From the NCBI RefSeq assembly GCF_009914755.1, contig NC_060927.1: DNA of 64,000 nt, one strand, 5' to 3'. Position 1 is the stretch's first letter. Each line of letters opens with the position of its first letter. A model generated the notes under the pieces. That model saw nothing but the letters and a program-made list of their open reading frames with translations, ran no database searches and was not told the DNA's origin. This document shows positions 47,620 to 60,785 of the stretch, in pieces. Position numbers and translations under genes: made by a program. The DNA is from the human T2T-CHM13v2.0 reference genome, Homo sapiens.

Positions 47620-48903
47620 CTAAACACAAAGTTTCAGATTACAATTACGCCACAGATAGACATCTACAAACCTTTTAGAACATACAACAGAATAAGGTGG
47701 GACTCCTCTACAAAATTCATCTATTTTATACTTAGTTAAGATTCACGTTTGGTTGTGATTATTTTTAATTTTCTAATTTCCTATAACTCCACAGTTTCTA
47801 CCGTCAAATATATTAGTAATATCCAATTTTTACAAAAGGGACCAAGAAGTATTGCCTAGCAATAAAAACCATACGTTTTGATGTCAGAGTTGTGTTGGGT
47901 TCCACAATTAACAGCACTGTGACCTTGAGCAGATTACTTAATAGACATAAACCTCATCTGCAGGCCGTTCATAGCTACTTCTTTCAGCCATGAGGATATA
48001 GATAATCACACAGAAGACTCAGTACAGTACGTGGGATATGGTAAGCAATGTTTAATTGTGATTTCATGTAAAAGTGGGAGGGAAATAAAAGGCAGGAAAG
48101 AATGTGAAATTAAGTTTGTCATCCCGGTCCTCTTGCAGCTGAAATTCAACTGAGGGACACACATAAAGATCAAAGCACTGCTACTGGGAATCGGCACGGA
48201 AATTTACAAACTCACCATAACCAATGCAAGAGTATTTTTTCCCTGCCCAGGCAGGGAGGGGAGTAAATTATGTGGCGCTGGCCAGGTTAGAAAACACTTC
48301 GATTAAATCTGTCTCACCAGCACAGAATTAAGCATCTGATAAGAAATAGGGTGTGTAGTAAAAGGGATAAATAGGCTGTTTGAGGTCAACAACCTCTTTC
48401 CAGATCTTTTAAGAGCCAATTATTCTGCCAAAATGACTGGAGTGCTTAGTACAATACCTGACATGTAGAGTTATCATTAAAAGTTTGCAATTAGTACTAC
48501 TGTCTCAGTGTTTGCAAAAGGCCACAAAACGGTCTTGTGTCCTTTTCCTGTGTGTTTAAGGTAGATTGCCTTTTCACAGGGTCACTGCTCTGACAATTTG
48601 GGATGGAGGAAGAGGAGTGCACAAGGGTCCTTCCTCAAGACCTTTACGTCAAGCACCCCGGAGGGCCCCTGCAGGAGCTGGGGCAGTACAGCCTGGCCCC
48701 GACGCCCGCACCGGGCAGATACCGGGAGCGGCCCGCCAGGCCCCCGGGGCTGCGGGGCGGGGATCAGGGGATGAGGCAGCGCGGCCTGCGCTCCGGGTGT
48801 CCCCCTCCCAGCCCCCCGGGCCCGCTGCGGCTGGTCCCCTAGGCCTGGGGTGGGGGGAGGCGGGGGTCCCCGGAGAGGGCCCCGGCCTCCCGGCAGCACT
48901 AAC

Positions 48904-48945
48904 TTCTCAGCCAGCAGCTCCTCTATTCTCCTTCTTTTCTTCTCC
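48904..48945 (-). CDS. UBA3: UBA3 exon 2 (42 nt; EKKRRRIEELLAEK)
   Basis: ttag|GGAGAAG ... GAGAA|gttagt; symmetric phase 2-2. Confidence 0.93.
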
Positions 48946-49125
48946 CTAAAAGAGAGAATAAAAGAAGGGTCAGCATCGCGCTACACACTGGGCGCCGCGA
49001 GGGGAGGGGGGCGAGGGGACGGGGCGGGGGGTGTGGGGACCCCGGGTGGCGGCGGCAACCGCCCACCGCCGCGCTCTCTCACAACCCAGCCCAGCCCGGC
49101 GCGTCTGCAGAGCCCCGGTACTTAC

Positions 49126-49145
49126 GGCTCCTCGCCATCCGCCAT
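49126..49145 (-). CDS. UBA3: NEDD8-activating enzyme E1 catalytic subunit, coding exon 1 (MADGEEP, 20 nt)
   Basis: aatATGG start at 49145; donor CC|gtaagt; CpG island. Confidence 0.95.
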
Positions 49146-51138
49146 ATTGTTCTCCGCCTCTTCCCAGGTGCCCACGCGCGGCAGGGCGGGGAGGAGCGGG
49201 ACTGGCAAAGCGGGGAGGGGCGGGGCTGGCGAAGCGGGGAGGGGCGAGGCCAGAAACACAACCGGCAGGGAGGTGCGAGGTTGACTGCGGCTGGGCTCCC
49301 ATGGGCTTTAAAGTCTTGCCCTGTAATTATAATCTTAATTACCTACGCTTAATTAGGTGAATCTTATACCGTGCATAATGTTGCTCTGCAGCGTGAAAAT
49401 GTAGACAATACATTATGCGTTTACACAAACTATATGTTAATACGTAATTATACAAAATATTGGTATATTCTATGAAAAATTCGTGAAGAACCCTCCCAGT
49501 ATGCCAGAGCTTTCCTCTGGGGGCAAAGATCAAGGAAATTTTCACTTTCTGCTTTTCAGGATGGTTCCAAAGTCTTTGCCTTTATAAGTACTCACTTGAA
49601 TAATAAATTTATCTAAATCCGTTTACATTGGTGGGGTGGGAGATTATTATTTTCTTTGAACAAATCAGCATTAATATTTTCATGTCACATTCTGTTAGAT
49701 AAGTTCAGCGGAAACAAAATGATTAAAACTTTTCCTGAGATAAATGTGTATATTTAGATACAAAGAAAAAAGTATAAAGGAAAACAATCACAAAAATCAA
49801 AGAATAACTGAGAACACCCATAATCCTATCACCTAAAGATAAATTGTGATAAAAGTTTCAATTATTTTCTTCTAGAGTCAGAAATACAAATATACACTGT
49901 GAATCTGGATGGCTGGATAGAGGGAAATGATCATGTTCAAAAATGTATGTATATACACGTACACACACATCTCCTTCTATGGAGTGGGACAAGAATGATA
50001 TTTGGAATCAAAAGTAACTGATTTTAAATTCTTCTCAGTTGTGAGCTACGAAACCCTTAGACACTTCTATTTCTTCATTTATAAAGTGGGCATAACACTA
50101 TTCACCTTGTAAGACTGATAATTAAGTAAAATCCAGAGTGGCTCTCAAAATACAGTTCCTGATCAACATCACTTGGGAAGTTTTTTTTAACACAAATTTT
50201 CACCCCTCACCGCCCCCACCACGCTCCCCACCGCCCCCCCGCCACCCCACCCTTCAGCCTTCTGCAAAGCCTGGGGTGATTCTCCACTGGTAAAGTTTGA
50301 GGGCCACTGAAATGGAGTACATAAAGCCTGATGGGTACTCAGTAAATGTAGCTGCTGTTACTACACTGTGATATTTAACCTCCTCTTGTCCTAGTTTTCA
50401 GTGAACCTTAAGGAAAGCTTGTCCTTTATGGTCCCCCAATTAGGTTCAGTTCAATAGCATTCACTGAGCTGAAAGTCAATGCCAGGCAGTGAGCGTGGGA
50501 ATAGAGTTCACAGTCCCTATCAAGAGATACCAGCCTCCTTCTGCATCACATGTCTCAGCGTCAACTATGAAACTACTTTTTCTTGCCCAGACAACTCCAC
50601 AGATGGTTTCACTGAGGATTTAACCTCAGTGCTTATCAAAATGGGCTCCTGTAGCCTGAACCCCCAACAATACTGGATACCCTTTGATTAGTGGTAGTGA
50701 GCATTGCAACCCTCTCAGATAGTGAAAAGCAGCAGTCACCTTAAAGGCCACCTAGTCCAGTCTCACCCATTTCACAGGGGAGGAAACTGAGGCCTAGGGA
50801 TAGAGTACAGCTAGCCGATGAAGAAGTCTGCAAAGGTATCTGGCCCTGCATCTGCTTGCTTTGAGACTAACAGCCTGACTCACCATGGTGGTATTTTGAT
50901 AAACGACACCAGGCACTCTCACTGGCTTAGATTGATTGACGGATTAGAAATAGCCATCTGCCCTTGCCAGGAATGAAAGCAACAGAGACATGCAAGCAAA
51001 ACCTTCAACAGATTTATTTTACTTCAAATGGAACATATCATAAACAATTAGACTATCTGCTATGGTTTTTAAACAGACAGATAGTCTGAATGGTCCTATC
51101 TAGACACACCAGTCCCATTATAAAAGCCCCATCAAGCA

Positions 51139-51268
51139 GGGCTCGGCTTCCCACACCTGTAGTCCCGGCTACTTGGGAGGCTGAGGTGGGAGGACTGTTT
51201 GAGCCCAGGAGTTTAAAACCAGCCTGGGCAACATAGTGAGACCCTGTCTCTAAAAATAATAATAAATT
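51139..51268 (+). mobile_element. Alu monomer (FLAM-like)
   Basis: Single arm with A-rich tail. Confidence 0.8.
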
Positions 51269-52219
51269 AAAGCTCCAGAAAGACCTCTACAGTGAATCTG
51301 ACCCCTCCCTCCCCGGAATGAACACTAACAAAGAGCTGCTACTAATAGCATTTCAAACAGTTACTGGAAAAAAGTAATGACTCATTACATGTTCATTTTT
51401 ATTTAAAATAATTTAACAAAGGTAGAAATATTTAGAGAAAAAAAAAATCTCCCATACCCCAAAGAGAGAGACAGGGTTAACATTTTGGGAGGGAGACAGA
51501 AGGGAATCATGCTATAAACAGCTTTCTCTGTCTTTTCAGAATTTATTTATTTATGTTTAAACCTCTAAAGAGGTTTAATTCTTTCTTGGGTATCAATTGC
51601 CTGTGATCAAGGAGTAATCATATTGTTACTAATACACTCTTGACAGCTTTTGGTCATGCAGTTCTGAGCAGTTGGAAGATAAAGTTCTTAGTTACAGCTT
51701 CTAATACTCATAAATCTCACCAACAGTGTGGGGCCCCACTGGAGTTCCCACTCTCATCTTGACCAAGATGATTTACTCAGCTTGCCCACAGTGCTGCCTC
51801 TTGACATTCTGAAGCCCTGGGGAATTCCTCCACACCCTCTGACTTCCTGTAACTGAGCACTGAGGCTCAGTGCATCTCTATTTAGCACTCCTCTTACTGT
51901 CTCATATTTAACTAGTGTTTCCACTGGATTGCAGAAGTTTTGAAGGCAGAGCAGGATTACATTTTTCTCCTCTTTAAAAAAAAAAAGAAAAGAAAAGAAA
52001 AAAAACCCACAGTGCTTTCACAGAGCCTCAAAAGAACTCGAAATACTTGCTGGCATTGTACTGAATATTCTCAACCTTTTCCCCCTACCCAGATACATCC
52101 ACAACAATAAAGTTGGAGCAAGGTAGAGAAAAGTTAGTAGATGTTTATAATGAAAGCATAGAAAACAAATCAGATTAAAGCACTATTAATAGCAAACAAG
52201 AATCGTGGGCTATCCTATT

Positions 52220-52440
52220 GCTAATAACAATAATAGTAACATATAACTGTGAACCTTTATTATACACTAAGCATTTCCTATACATTCCTTCACTTAGCCT
52301 CGTCTATATGGCAGATGTTCCATTATCCCCACTTTACACATGAAGACACCGAGGCTGGGAGAGATTAAGTAGTTTCTCCAAAGTCACCTGCCAGAGAGGA
52401 AGGAGCTGCGACTCTAATTTTGCTTTCTCTGACTTCACAC
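52220..52440 (-). mobile_element. MIR
   Basis: attatccccactttacacatgaagacaccgaggct...attaagtagtttctccaaagtcac, MIR core. Confidence 0.7.
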
Positions 52441-53549
52441 CATCCCATTTTTCCAGAATCAAGAAAACATGAGCACTCAGGAATATTTTCACATTTTAAA
52501 CTTTATTCAAAAAGCAGCACATAAGATATATCTTAGCACTAATTCCATGCAATCACCAAATTTTCCTAAACAACAGTAGTAGTAGTAATTTCTTAGAGTC
52601 GCTGTAAGCTCCTTAACTGTCTTCTGAATTAATAAGGAAAATTAAATTATGTTTTCTAGACTTTGCATTAGTATATTTCATTACTTTCCAAGTTTTCAAA
52701 AATTGGTGATCTGAGTAGAGTGAATTCACCTTGTCTAAGCCACTTAGGGGCTTAGAGACTCTGTTATCTTAGAAATCTTCACCTTAGAATTCTACCTATT
52801 ACATTATACAATTAAACAAACTACTTTTTTTCTCATGCATTGTACCAATCAGCCCCTTAACTGAAAAAAGATGACCCTTGGAAGCTTAGAAGAGAATTGA
52901 CAACGAATACTTCTTTTGCCAGGTCTTTGGGCTGGGATACAAAACATCACGTTATCTATGAATATATTGTGGTCCCTCAGTGAAAGCTGTCACCAAATAT
53001 TGCAATAAAACTAAGAAAACTTTTGAAGTGGAATGCATATTTCTGCCCAGAAAATGCTGGATGCAGAACAACTAGTTCACTGCAGACAACTGTTTGCTTT
53101 AAAATGTAAGCAACATGCCCAGCTCAGGACTGAAGTGGCCAGAGTGCCTACTTTATCAGAATGGCATAGCAGTCCAACAATTTAGCCTAGAGAGAACAGA
53201 GGTGGAGAACAAAGAAGAGAAGTGAAAAAAACAGACCAGCCCTTCTGTTCTACATGACCTTCTTTCCCGTTTTGCCAATCTGATTTCACACATAGTGACT
53301 CATGGTGAAACAGAGAAAACATGGGAATTGCATTCAGATGTGTAGAGGTTAGTAAGACTTAGTTTTCAAAAGCAGCTCATTCTCCATTAACACTGTAGTC
53401 GCCTTCCATTTCATTTCACTTAGATTGGCATCTGCACAGCTGCCAAAATTTTTCTCTAAGTCAGAGAACACACTCCTAGGTAAACCTTCAAAAAAGGTAT
53501 TTCGAAGGAGGCAGCTTCTCTGCTGCTAGAGAAGGCATTGCCACCTCCC

Positions 53550-54480
53550 TTCAGACAGGGGATTTCCGCTAGTTGCTTTCTGTCATTTCGTCTCTATTCT
53601 GCACTCAGTCCCTTGTTCTGTCTGGAGGTTCCTGTTTTCCTGTACCCAACCAAGAGCCAATGAAGAAGTAAAGAGGAGCAAACACGCCCGCCCACTCCCA
53701 ATTTCCTTTGCTCTGCTGTCTGCCAACCGCAAAGCCGACCGAGACGGAGCCGCTGTCAACTCTCCAACTCAGCTCAGCTGATCGGTTGCCGCCGCCGCCG
53801 CCGCCAGATTCTGGAGGCGAAGAACGCAAAGCTGAGAACATGGACGTTAATATCGCCCCACTCCGCGCCTGGGACGATTTCTTCCCGGGTTCCGATCGCT
53901 TTGCCCGGCCGGACTTCAGGGACATTTCCAAATGGAACAACCGCGTAGTGAGCAACCTGCTCTATTACCAGACCAACTACCTGGTGGTGGCTGCCATGAT
54001 GATTTCCATTGTGGGGTAAGTGGGGTCCCCCTACCCGGGACACCGATCCGGGGCGAGCACGGAGGGGCCTCGGGGTGCAAGATCCCGGGATGTAGAGACG
54101 CTCTCTGACCACGCTCAGCGCCTGCCCTGGCAATTCTGCAAGCGGCCAAGCCAGTGGAAACTTGTTTGCAGGGCGAGGCCGCAGTAACCTGGGGCCCCAT
54201 TTTCTGCACCAAGGGCTGAGACTTGAGGGGGGCCCTAGGGGAAAGAGGACGGGGAAAATTTGCCAGCCGCAGGGAAGAAAAATGAGAGTTCCCCCACCCC
54301 CCTGCCCCCGCCCGCGTGCCAGGATCGGGCTCTTGCTGGAAAGATATTTGTAGCGCCCTCGTCTTTTAAAAATAAGAAGAAAAAGGAAAGTGGTGTAACC
54401 CTACCCTGGAGCTGGCTGGGGCGGCAGGGTGTGGACCCGGGCTAGTGTAAAAAGGGCAACCAAGTGGCGACGCACTTTGC
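53550..54480. promoter_or_regulatory. ARL6IP5 promoter/CpG island: CCAAT (53657-53661, 53698-53702), GC box (53687-53693), kB-type site GGGGATTTCC (53558-53567)
   Basis: Motifs read directly upstream of exon 1; CpG-rich. Confidence 0.78.
53840..54015 (+). CDS. ARL6IP5: PRA1 family protein 3 (JWA/GTRAP3-18), coding exon 1 (176 nt); rest of gene lies beyond the window
   Basis: aacATGG start; [47 protein letters not shown] with the PRA1 NLxYYxxNY motif; donor GG|gtaagt. Confidence 0.97.
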
Positions 54481-55444
54481 TGCTTTCTCTGCCTAATGCC
54501 TGCCACACTGTACAGTAAAGCTGAGCTTGGGATCAAAAGGGGGGGTGTCTCCTGGTGGCGCATCTCCCATTGTGGGGTAAAGGCTGCCATGACTGTGGGA
54601 AGATGGCCTTCTGGCATTTTCTTCCAGCAGTGGCCAGGCGTGGTCACTTTCTCTGTCTTCGCTTCCTAGCCTGAGGTTTCAATGTATCAGAAGGCCTTTT
54701 CAATACCTGATACTTAACAAAGTATCCTGTGTTGAGACTGCATGTACACCTGCTTTCCTAGAAACCACCTTTCCTTCTAGTTCACCCTTTAAGAAATGCT
54801 TCTCTCGCTTATGCAGGATGGGTGGTGATATTCTCAATCTTGCTGATTATCTCCTACACATCTTTAAAGAAAAAGCCACCCTCAGACTTTATAAAGGACT
54901 CACTTGCACTTAAATGTCTGACATTTCTATTTCAGGGCAGACGTAGAGGGAAGAAGCAGCAAGCTGGCTTGGGAGAAAAGGGAGAAATTTGCACTTGAAG
55001 GGTGTGGGAAAGGGTGAACAGGGTGGCTTCTTCAGTTGGCTCGCAGTTAATTGGCTTATACATTGAGCCACCTCTCTGTGCCTGGCCCCATGCCAAGCTC
55101 CAAGCACACCAAGATGAATCAGACTTGAATTCTGGCCCAGGGGCTCCTGGCAGTTGTTGAGAAGCTAAAGGAGCAAACACACAGCACAGAGGAGAGGGGG
55201 AGACTTCACAGTTTCCGAGTATGGTTCACAGCAATCACCCCCATGCAGAGGTGGAAGCCCACATGTGGGACTCTATACACAATCGCACAGATCCTTCTTC
55301 TGCATTGCTTAAGGAATTCTTAAGGAATTGCATTCTGGGAATGGCTTGGTGTATAGAGGGCACAGGCTCTGAGTGGACTCGGAACTAGTGTGGCAGCCAA
55401 GGTACAAGTTAGTCAGGGCAGGGTGGGGCAGGCCCAAGGCCTGA

Positions 55445-56103
<659 letters not shown>

Positions 56104-56739
56104 AAAAAAGTCTTTAAAACAAAATAAGTAGTAAATAGGTTTGCATCAATTTTTGTTTTTTTCTTTCTCTTTGCAAAGAAGCAGGAGGGCATCTTATCTG
56201 GTGATCTAGTTATGGAGGTATTTTCTTGAGGTAACTTAGATGTGGGGCAAAGTTTGACACAGACCAATAATTAAAAAAAAAAAAAAGTCTATTTTCTTCA
56301 GACATGTGTGCTGCCCAGACCAGGCACAAGCTCAGACAGCCTTGCTGCTTTTGATAGAATCCATTTTTCACTGTGAAGGCCAGGGGCCAGCCCTTTGACT
56401 AAATATAGCTCCGTCAGTATTGTGCCTTAGGCCACTAACTCAGGTAGTTTAGGGGTGTTGGCCCTCCTCATTTTCCTTTCAAATAAGAGTTGTTGGTTGT
56501 CAATGAAAATTTTGAAGTGAAAAAGTGAAAAGTAGCCATGAAGTTTTTAAAACTTATCCTTATTTTTAAAAACTTACAAAAGATACAGGCTAGTAGTAAA
56601 GGTTGATTTGAAAATTATGTGGATAAAATGTGAAATTTCCTTCATACTTCAGTAAAAGTTTGGTATATAACCCCTAACTGTTTTCTATGCAACTATAAGC
56701 ACAGTCAGTAGTTTTTTCCACCAGTTGTTCTCTTTTCTT

Positions 56740-56940
56740 TCTTTATCATTTAATAATATAAATATTTATTGAGTGCTCTGTGTGTCAGGTACCTTGCAAA
56801 GTATTTTACCTGCATTATGTCATAGAACCCAATTTTAAAAAACTGTTACTTTTTTTTTATCATTAAACCTGAGGCTCAGAGAGGTTAAATGATTTACTCA
56901 AAGTCACAAACTTAGGCTTGTGCTCTTAACTACTGTTCTG
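56740..56940 (-). mobile_element. MIR
   Basis: ctgaggctcagagaggttaaatgatttactcaaagtcaca, MIR core. Confidence 0.75.
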
Positions 56941-57769
56941 TCTTACTATGAGTCACAAGGAAGAAACCAAACATCTTCAGAGTTAGGGAGCGTCCTTGAT
57001 TCCAGAACACTTCTCATTCTAAAGAGAACTATCCTCTTTCGGTGATGCTAGTAGATGGGTAGGTCAGAGCAGTGCTGGCAGCTGTTCATCTGGATCCTCC
57101 ACAGACTTCTCTCTAGTTTCTCAGAATATCTTGGTAGAGTATATGTGAAAATGTGACCTGGATAAAAGAGTGTTCAACAACGGTTCCATCCCCTGCTGGT
57201 GAGGAGAGCCTCAAGGGCATTGTAGGAGTGCTCTAGCCTCAGCTCTCCAATGTTGGAAACTGGCTTAGATGAGGATAGAGAGGGCCTCCTCTTCAAGATT
57301 TCAGGAAGGGTGAGGGAAGAACATAGCAAATACTATCTAGATCCAGAAACACTGGAAAAAACTGCCCATACCAAGACGGAGATTAAGAGGGATTAGGATA
57401 GAGATAAATCTGTGTTTAAACTTCTGATCAGAAGAGATTGAATTATTTAAAAGGAATAGCATGAATAACAGGCTAGGAAACTTGCGTTTTGCTGGAAATG
57501 CCTTTGGATCCTTTACATCAAGAAGGAAAAGTGTCTAAGATCGAAGTTGCCATAGCTTACCTTCTGCATCCTTGATGTGAGACGTTTTGGGATTAAGATA
57601 TTCTTTTCACATCACACACAACAATAGAAGTCTCTACCTTGATCTTCAAAGTGAAAAACAAAGGCAACACCTAATGACACTTGCAATTTAAGTACTAAGC
57701 GTGTGATACATTCTAGTTGTGGATGAAAACTTCTTTGTGCTTAATGGAATGCCAAATGATTTGAGCTGG

Positions 57770-57935
57770 AGAACTCTGTTCAGTGTGTGAGCCATGGAAC
57801 AGCAGCATCTTTCGCCTGAGAGCTTGTCAGAAGTGAAGCATCTCAGGCCCCATTTCAGACCTACTGGGTTAGAATCTACATTTTAACAAAAGTCTCAGAT
57901 GATTCATAGGTACATTAAAATCTGAGAGGCACTGG
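57770..57935. mobile_element. MER5A-like hAT-Charlie DNA transposon
   Basis: cagcagcatc ... tctcaggcccc ... cagacctactg ... agaatctacattttaacaa. Confidence 0.75.
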
Positions 57936-58314
57936 ATTGGTCTGGCTCAAAAGAAAATTTAAATAAATATACCTATATGCCCAGGTGTCACCTTCCGTGA
58001 TTCAAAATGTATAGTTCTTGGCAGGGTCCAGGCATCTGTTGTTTTTTTCTTTTTCTCTAACTTCCTAAGTGATTGTGATTATACACCCCTAGGAGAAATA
58101 CTGATCCTCTTGAACCCCGTAACTTCTGAAATGTAAAAGCTCGAGGTCACAGGCTAATTGGAACTAAAGCTGCTAATAATAGGAAGTGAAATATTTTTTC
58201 CATTAAGCCATATTGCAAATTTTCTAAAGCTCTTGATTAACCAAATTCAACTGCATCCCTGACTCTTACAATATTTGCAATGCTATTGCTGTCTTATTCT
58301 GAAAAGTTCTTTCC

Positions 58315-58452
58315 TGGATGGGTATAGTGGCTCACACCTGTAATCCCAACACTTCGGGAGGCAGAGATGGGAGGATTGCTCAAGGCCAGGAGTTTAAGAC
58401 TAGCCTGGGCAACATAGTGAAACCCTGTCTAAAAAAAAAAAAAAAAAAAAAA
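58315..58452 (+). mobile_element. Alu monomer (FLAM-like)
   Basis: Single left arm with poly-A. Confidence 0.85.
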
Positions 58453-59709
58453 TTATTTTCTGCCATTAGAACTCATATTTTCTGGTATGGCCTCAGAATC
58501 ACCAACCACACACAGAATTTGCAACATATAAAAATGCCTCTGCTGCTTCTCCAGCAAGAGAGCTGCATGTATTCTTATGTATATACATTTGTGCCTCCCC
58601 CTTTAGATAGAACCATGTAGCTGCTGAAGGAATGAGCCCATGATTTCTCAGCTGAAGTAACTCCTCACCATGTGGCCTGATCATTTGGCCTATGGAGATG
58701 TTGCAGGAGGGTGGAATTGACAGCTGCCACTTTATGCTTTCAGTTACTCAAGATGGTAAGGAGTTTCTAGAAGGCTGGTAATTATAAGTTTGAAAACAGC
58801 ATTAATGTAATCTTTTCAAAATGAACGTGGCTTGGTGGCTCTGTAATATGTTCTAGGCCTGTGGCTCCCAGCATCTGGTATTATGAAATGTTCGTATTGT
58901 TTGTACCTTTAAATGCTGTAAAGATGAAGAACCAAGTTTCCAGTTGGTAGAGGAAAAAAAGCGTAAGGCAACCCTGGGAGGCTCTGGATCAGAATCTATT
59001 GAAATGATTGCAGATAGAATGAGTTGCAGTCTGTTTATACTAAAGCAAGTGGAAATGTTTTTGAGATTAGTCAGCTTCAACACCAGTTCTACAACATTAC
59101 TCTTATTTGTGTTGCTTCATTCATTCAATTAACAAAGAGTATGAAGCACTTACCAACTTCTCAGACACTGCTAGGAGATAGTGAAGAATAGGACAGCTGT
59201 GATTCCTGCCTTCACGGAAAGGCAGCAAGACCACACTGAACACATGATAACTAATTTGTATACAAGTATAGCAAGTGTACAGAAATACACACCTACATAA
59301 ACACATCCTTCTCAACCTGACTTACCTGATCTCCCCTGTACATTATTACTCCAAATTCCAAATCTCTCAGGTGTTGGGAATAGGGGAGGCATTGAGTATG
59401 TAGACAGGAAAAAGGTTTTTTTAAATTTTACTATCCTAACCCACAGCTCAGATCCTTCTATTCCATTGAACAAATACTGAGCACCTACCATGTGGTAGAC
59501 ACTGTCTAGGCCCTGAGGATACAGTCAGGAGTACAACTCCACCAGCCTTCCCAAATCCTCCCAGAATTCTCCTGCCCTTCGATGCCCATTTATTTGCATT
59601 TGAGGCTGGCACCTGTCTTCCTCTGATGGCTTATGTGTTTCTTCTGAATACAGAACTTTAAGAGGTCTGTCAACACACAGTAACATTTTAATCTCAAAAT
59701 CTTTATCTA

Positions 59710-60005
59710 GGCTGGACATGATGGCTCACGCCTGTGATCCCAGCCCTTTGGGAGGCCGAGGCGGGTAGATCACCTAAGCTCAGGAGTTTAAGACCAGCCC
59801 GGGCAACATGGCGAAACCCCATCTCTACCAAAAATAGAAAAAATTAGCCTGGCGTGGTGGCATGCATCTGTGGTCCCAGCTACTTGGGAGGCTGAGGTGG
59901 GAGGATCTTTTGAGCGTGGGAGGCGGAGGTTGCAATGAGCCAAGAACGCACGCCACTGCACTACAGCCTGGGTAACAGAGTGAGACGCCGTGTAAAAAAT
60001 AAATA
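59710..60005 (+). mobile_element. AluJ-like
   Basis: Alu consensus. Confidence 0.9.
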
Positions 60006-60102
60006 AGTAAATATAAATCTTTAATAAGGATTGCTTTTCATTAAATAACCTCTGACAGTGTATGTGTGTATATGTGTGTGTATATACATACATATATATA
60101 TA

Positions 60103-60388
60103 TTTTGAGACAGGGTTTCACTCTATTGCCCAGGCTGGAGTATGGTGGCGCAGTCATGGCTCACTACAGCCTCTACCTCCCTGGGCTCAGGTGATCCTCC
60201 TGCCTCAGCATCTTAAGTAGCTGGGACTATAGGCATGTGCCACCAGCCTGGCTAATTGTTGTATTTTTTTTTGTAGAGAAGGGTTTTTGCCATGTTGCCC
60301 AGGCTGGTTTCGAACTCCTGGGCTCAAGCAATCCTCCTGCCTTGGTCTCCGAAAGTGCTGGGATGACAGGCGAGAGGTATGGCTGGCA
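60103..60388 (-). mobile_element. AluJ-like, next to a (TG/TA)n microsatellite at 60057-60102
   Basis: Reverse Alu consensus. Confidence 0.88.
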
Positions 60389-60785
60389 CACCTTTGATAC
60401 TATTTATGTAACTTTGTTTATCTGAACTTCTCTCCCCTCTCCGTCCAGCTTTTTTTTTTTTTTTTTTTCAATGTTGCCTGCTACTTTTGGCCTTTGGTTG
60501 GTAGTTTCTGTTTCCTTTCCCTAGGTAAGGATTTACAATGATTCTAGGTAAGTGTGCAAATAAATGAGTGTATTTTGGATTCCTGGCCCCCTGTCTTAGA
60601 AAGGAGAAGCTCTCCATCAGCTTAGGGACAGAGAGCTCTGTACAGGAAATCCAGTTCAAAAAGGTCAAGACCCATTCTTGACCTACCCACTTAATATCTA
60701 ATTAAGCATCAATATTGGAAATTTTGTATTTTTTATTTTTTGGACAAATGAATTCTATCCTTATCACTCAGCTTCAGAAAACTTA

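Larger units (their letters stand above)
48640..49300. promoter_or_regulatory. UBA3 CpG-island promoter with clustered GC boxes
   Basis: Very GC/CpG-rich; multiple GGGGCGGGG/GGGGAGGGG motifs just upstream of exon 1. Confidence 0.88.

Noticed and set aside
48566-49360. Several 60-144 aa Gly/Pro/Arg-rich ORFs on both strands
   Set aside because: CpG-island artefacts; only the 20-nt and 42-nt UBA3 exons have splice support
49145-53840. Single bidirectional promoter for UBA3 and ARL6IP5
   Set aside because: Start codons are about 4.7 kb apart with separate CpG islands and an AT-rich, repeat-containing spacer
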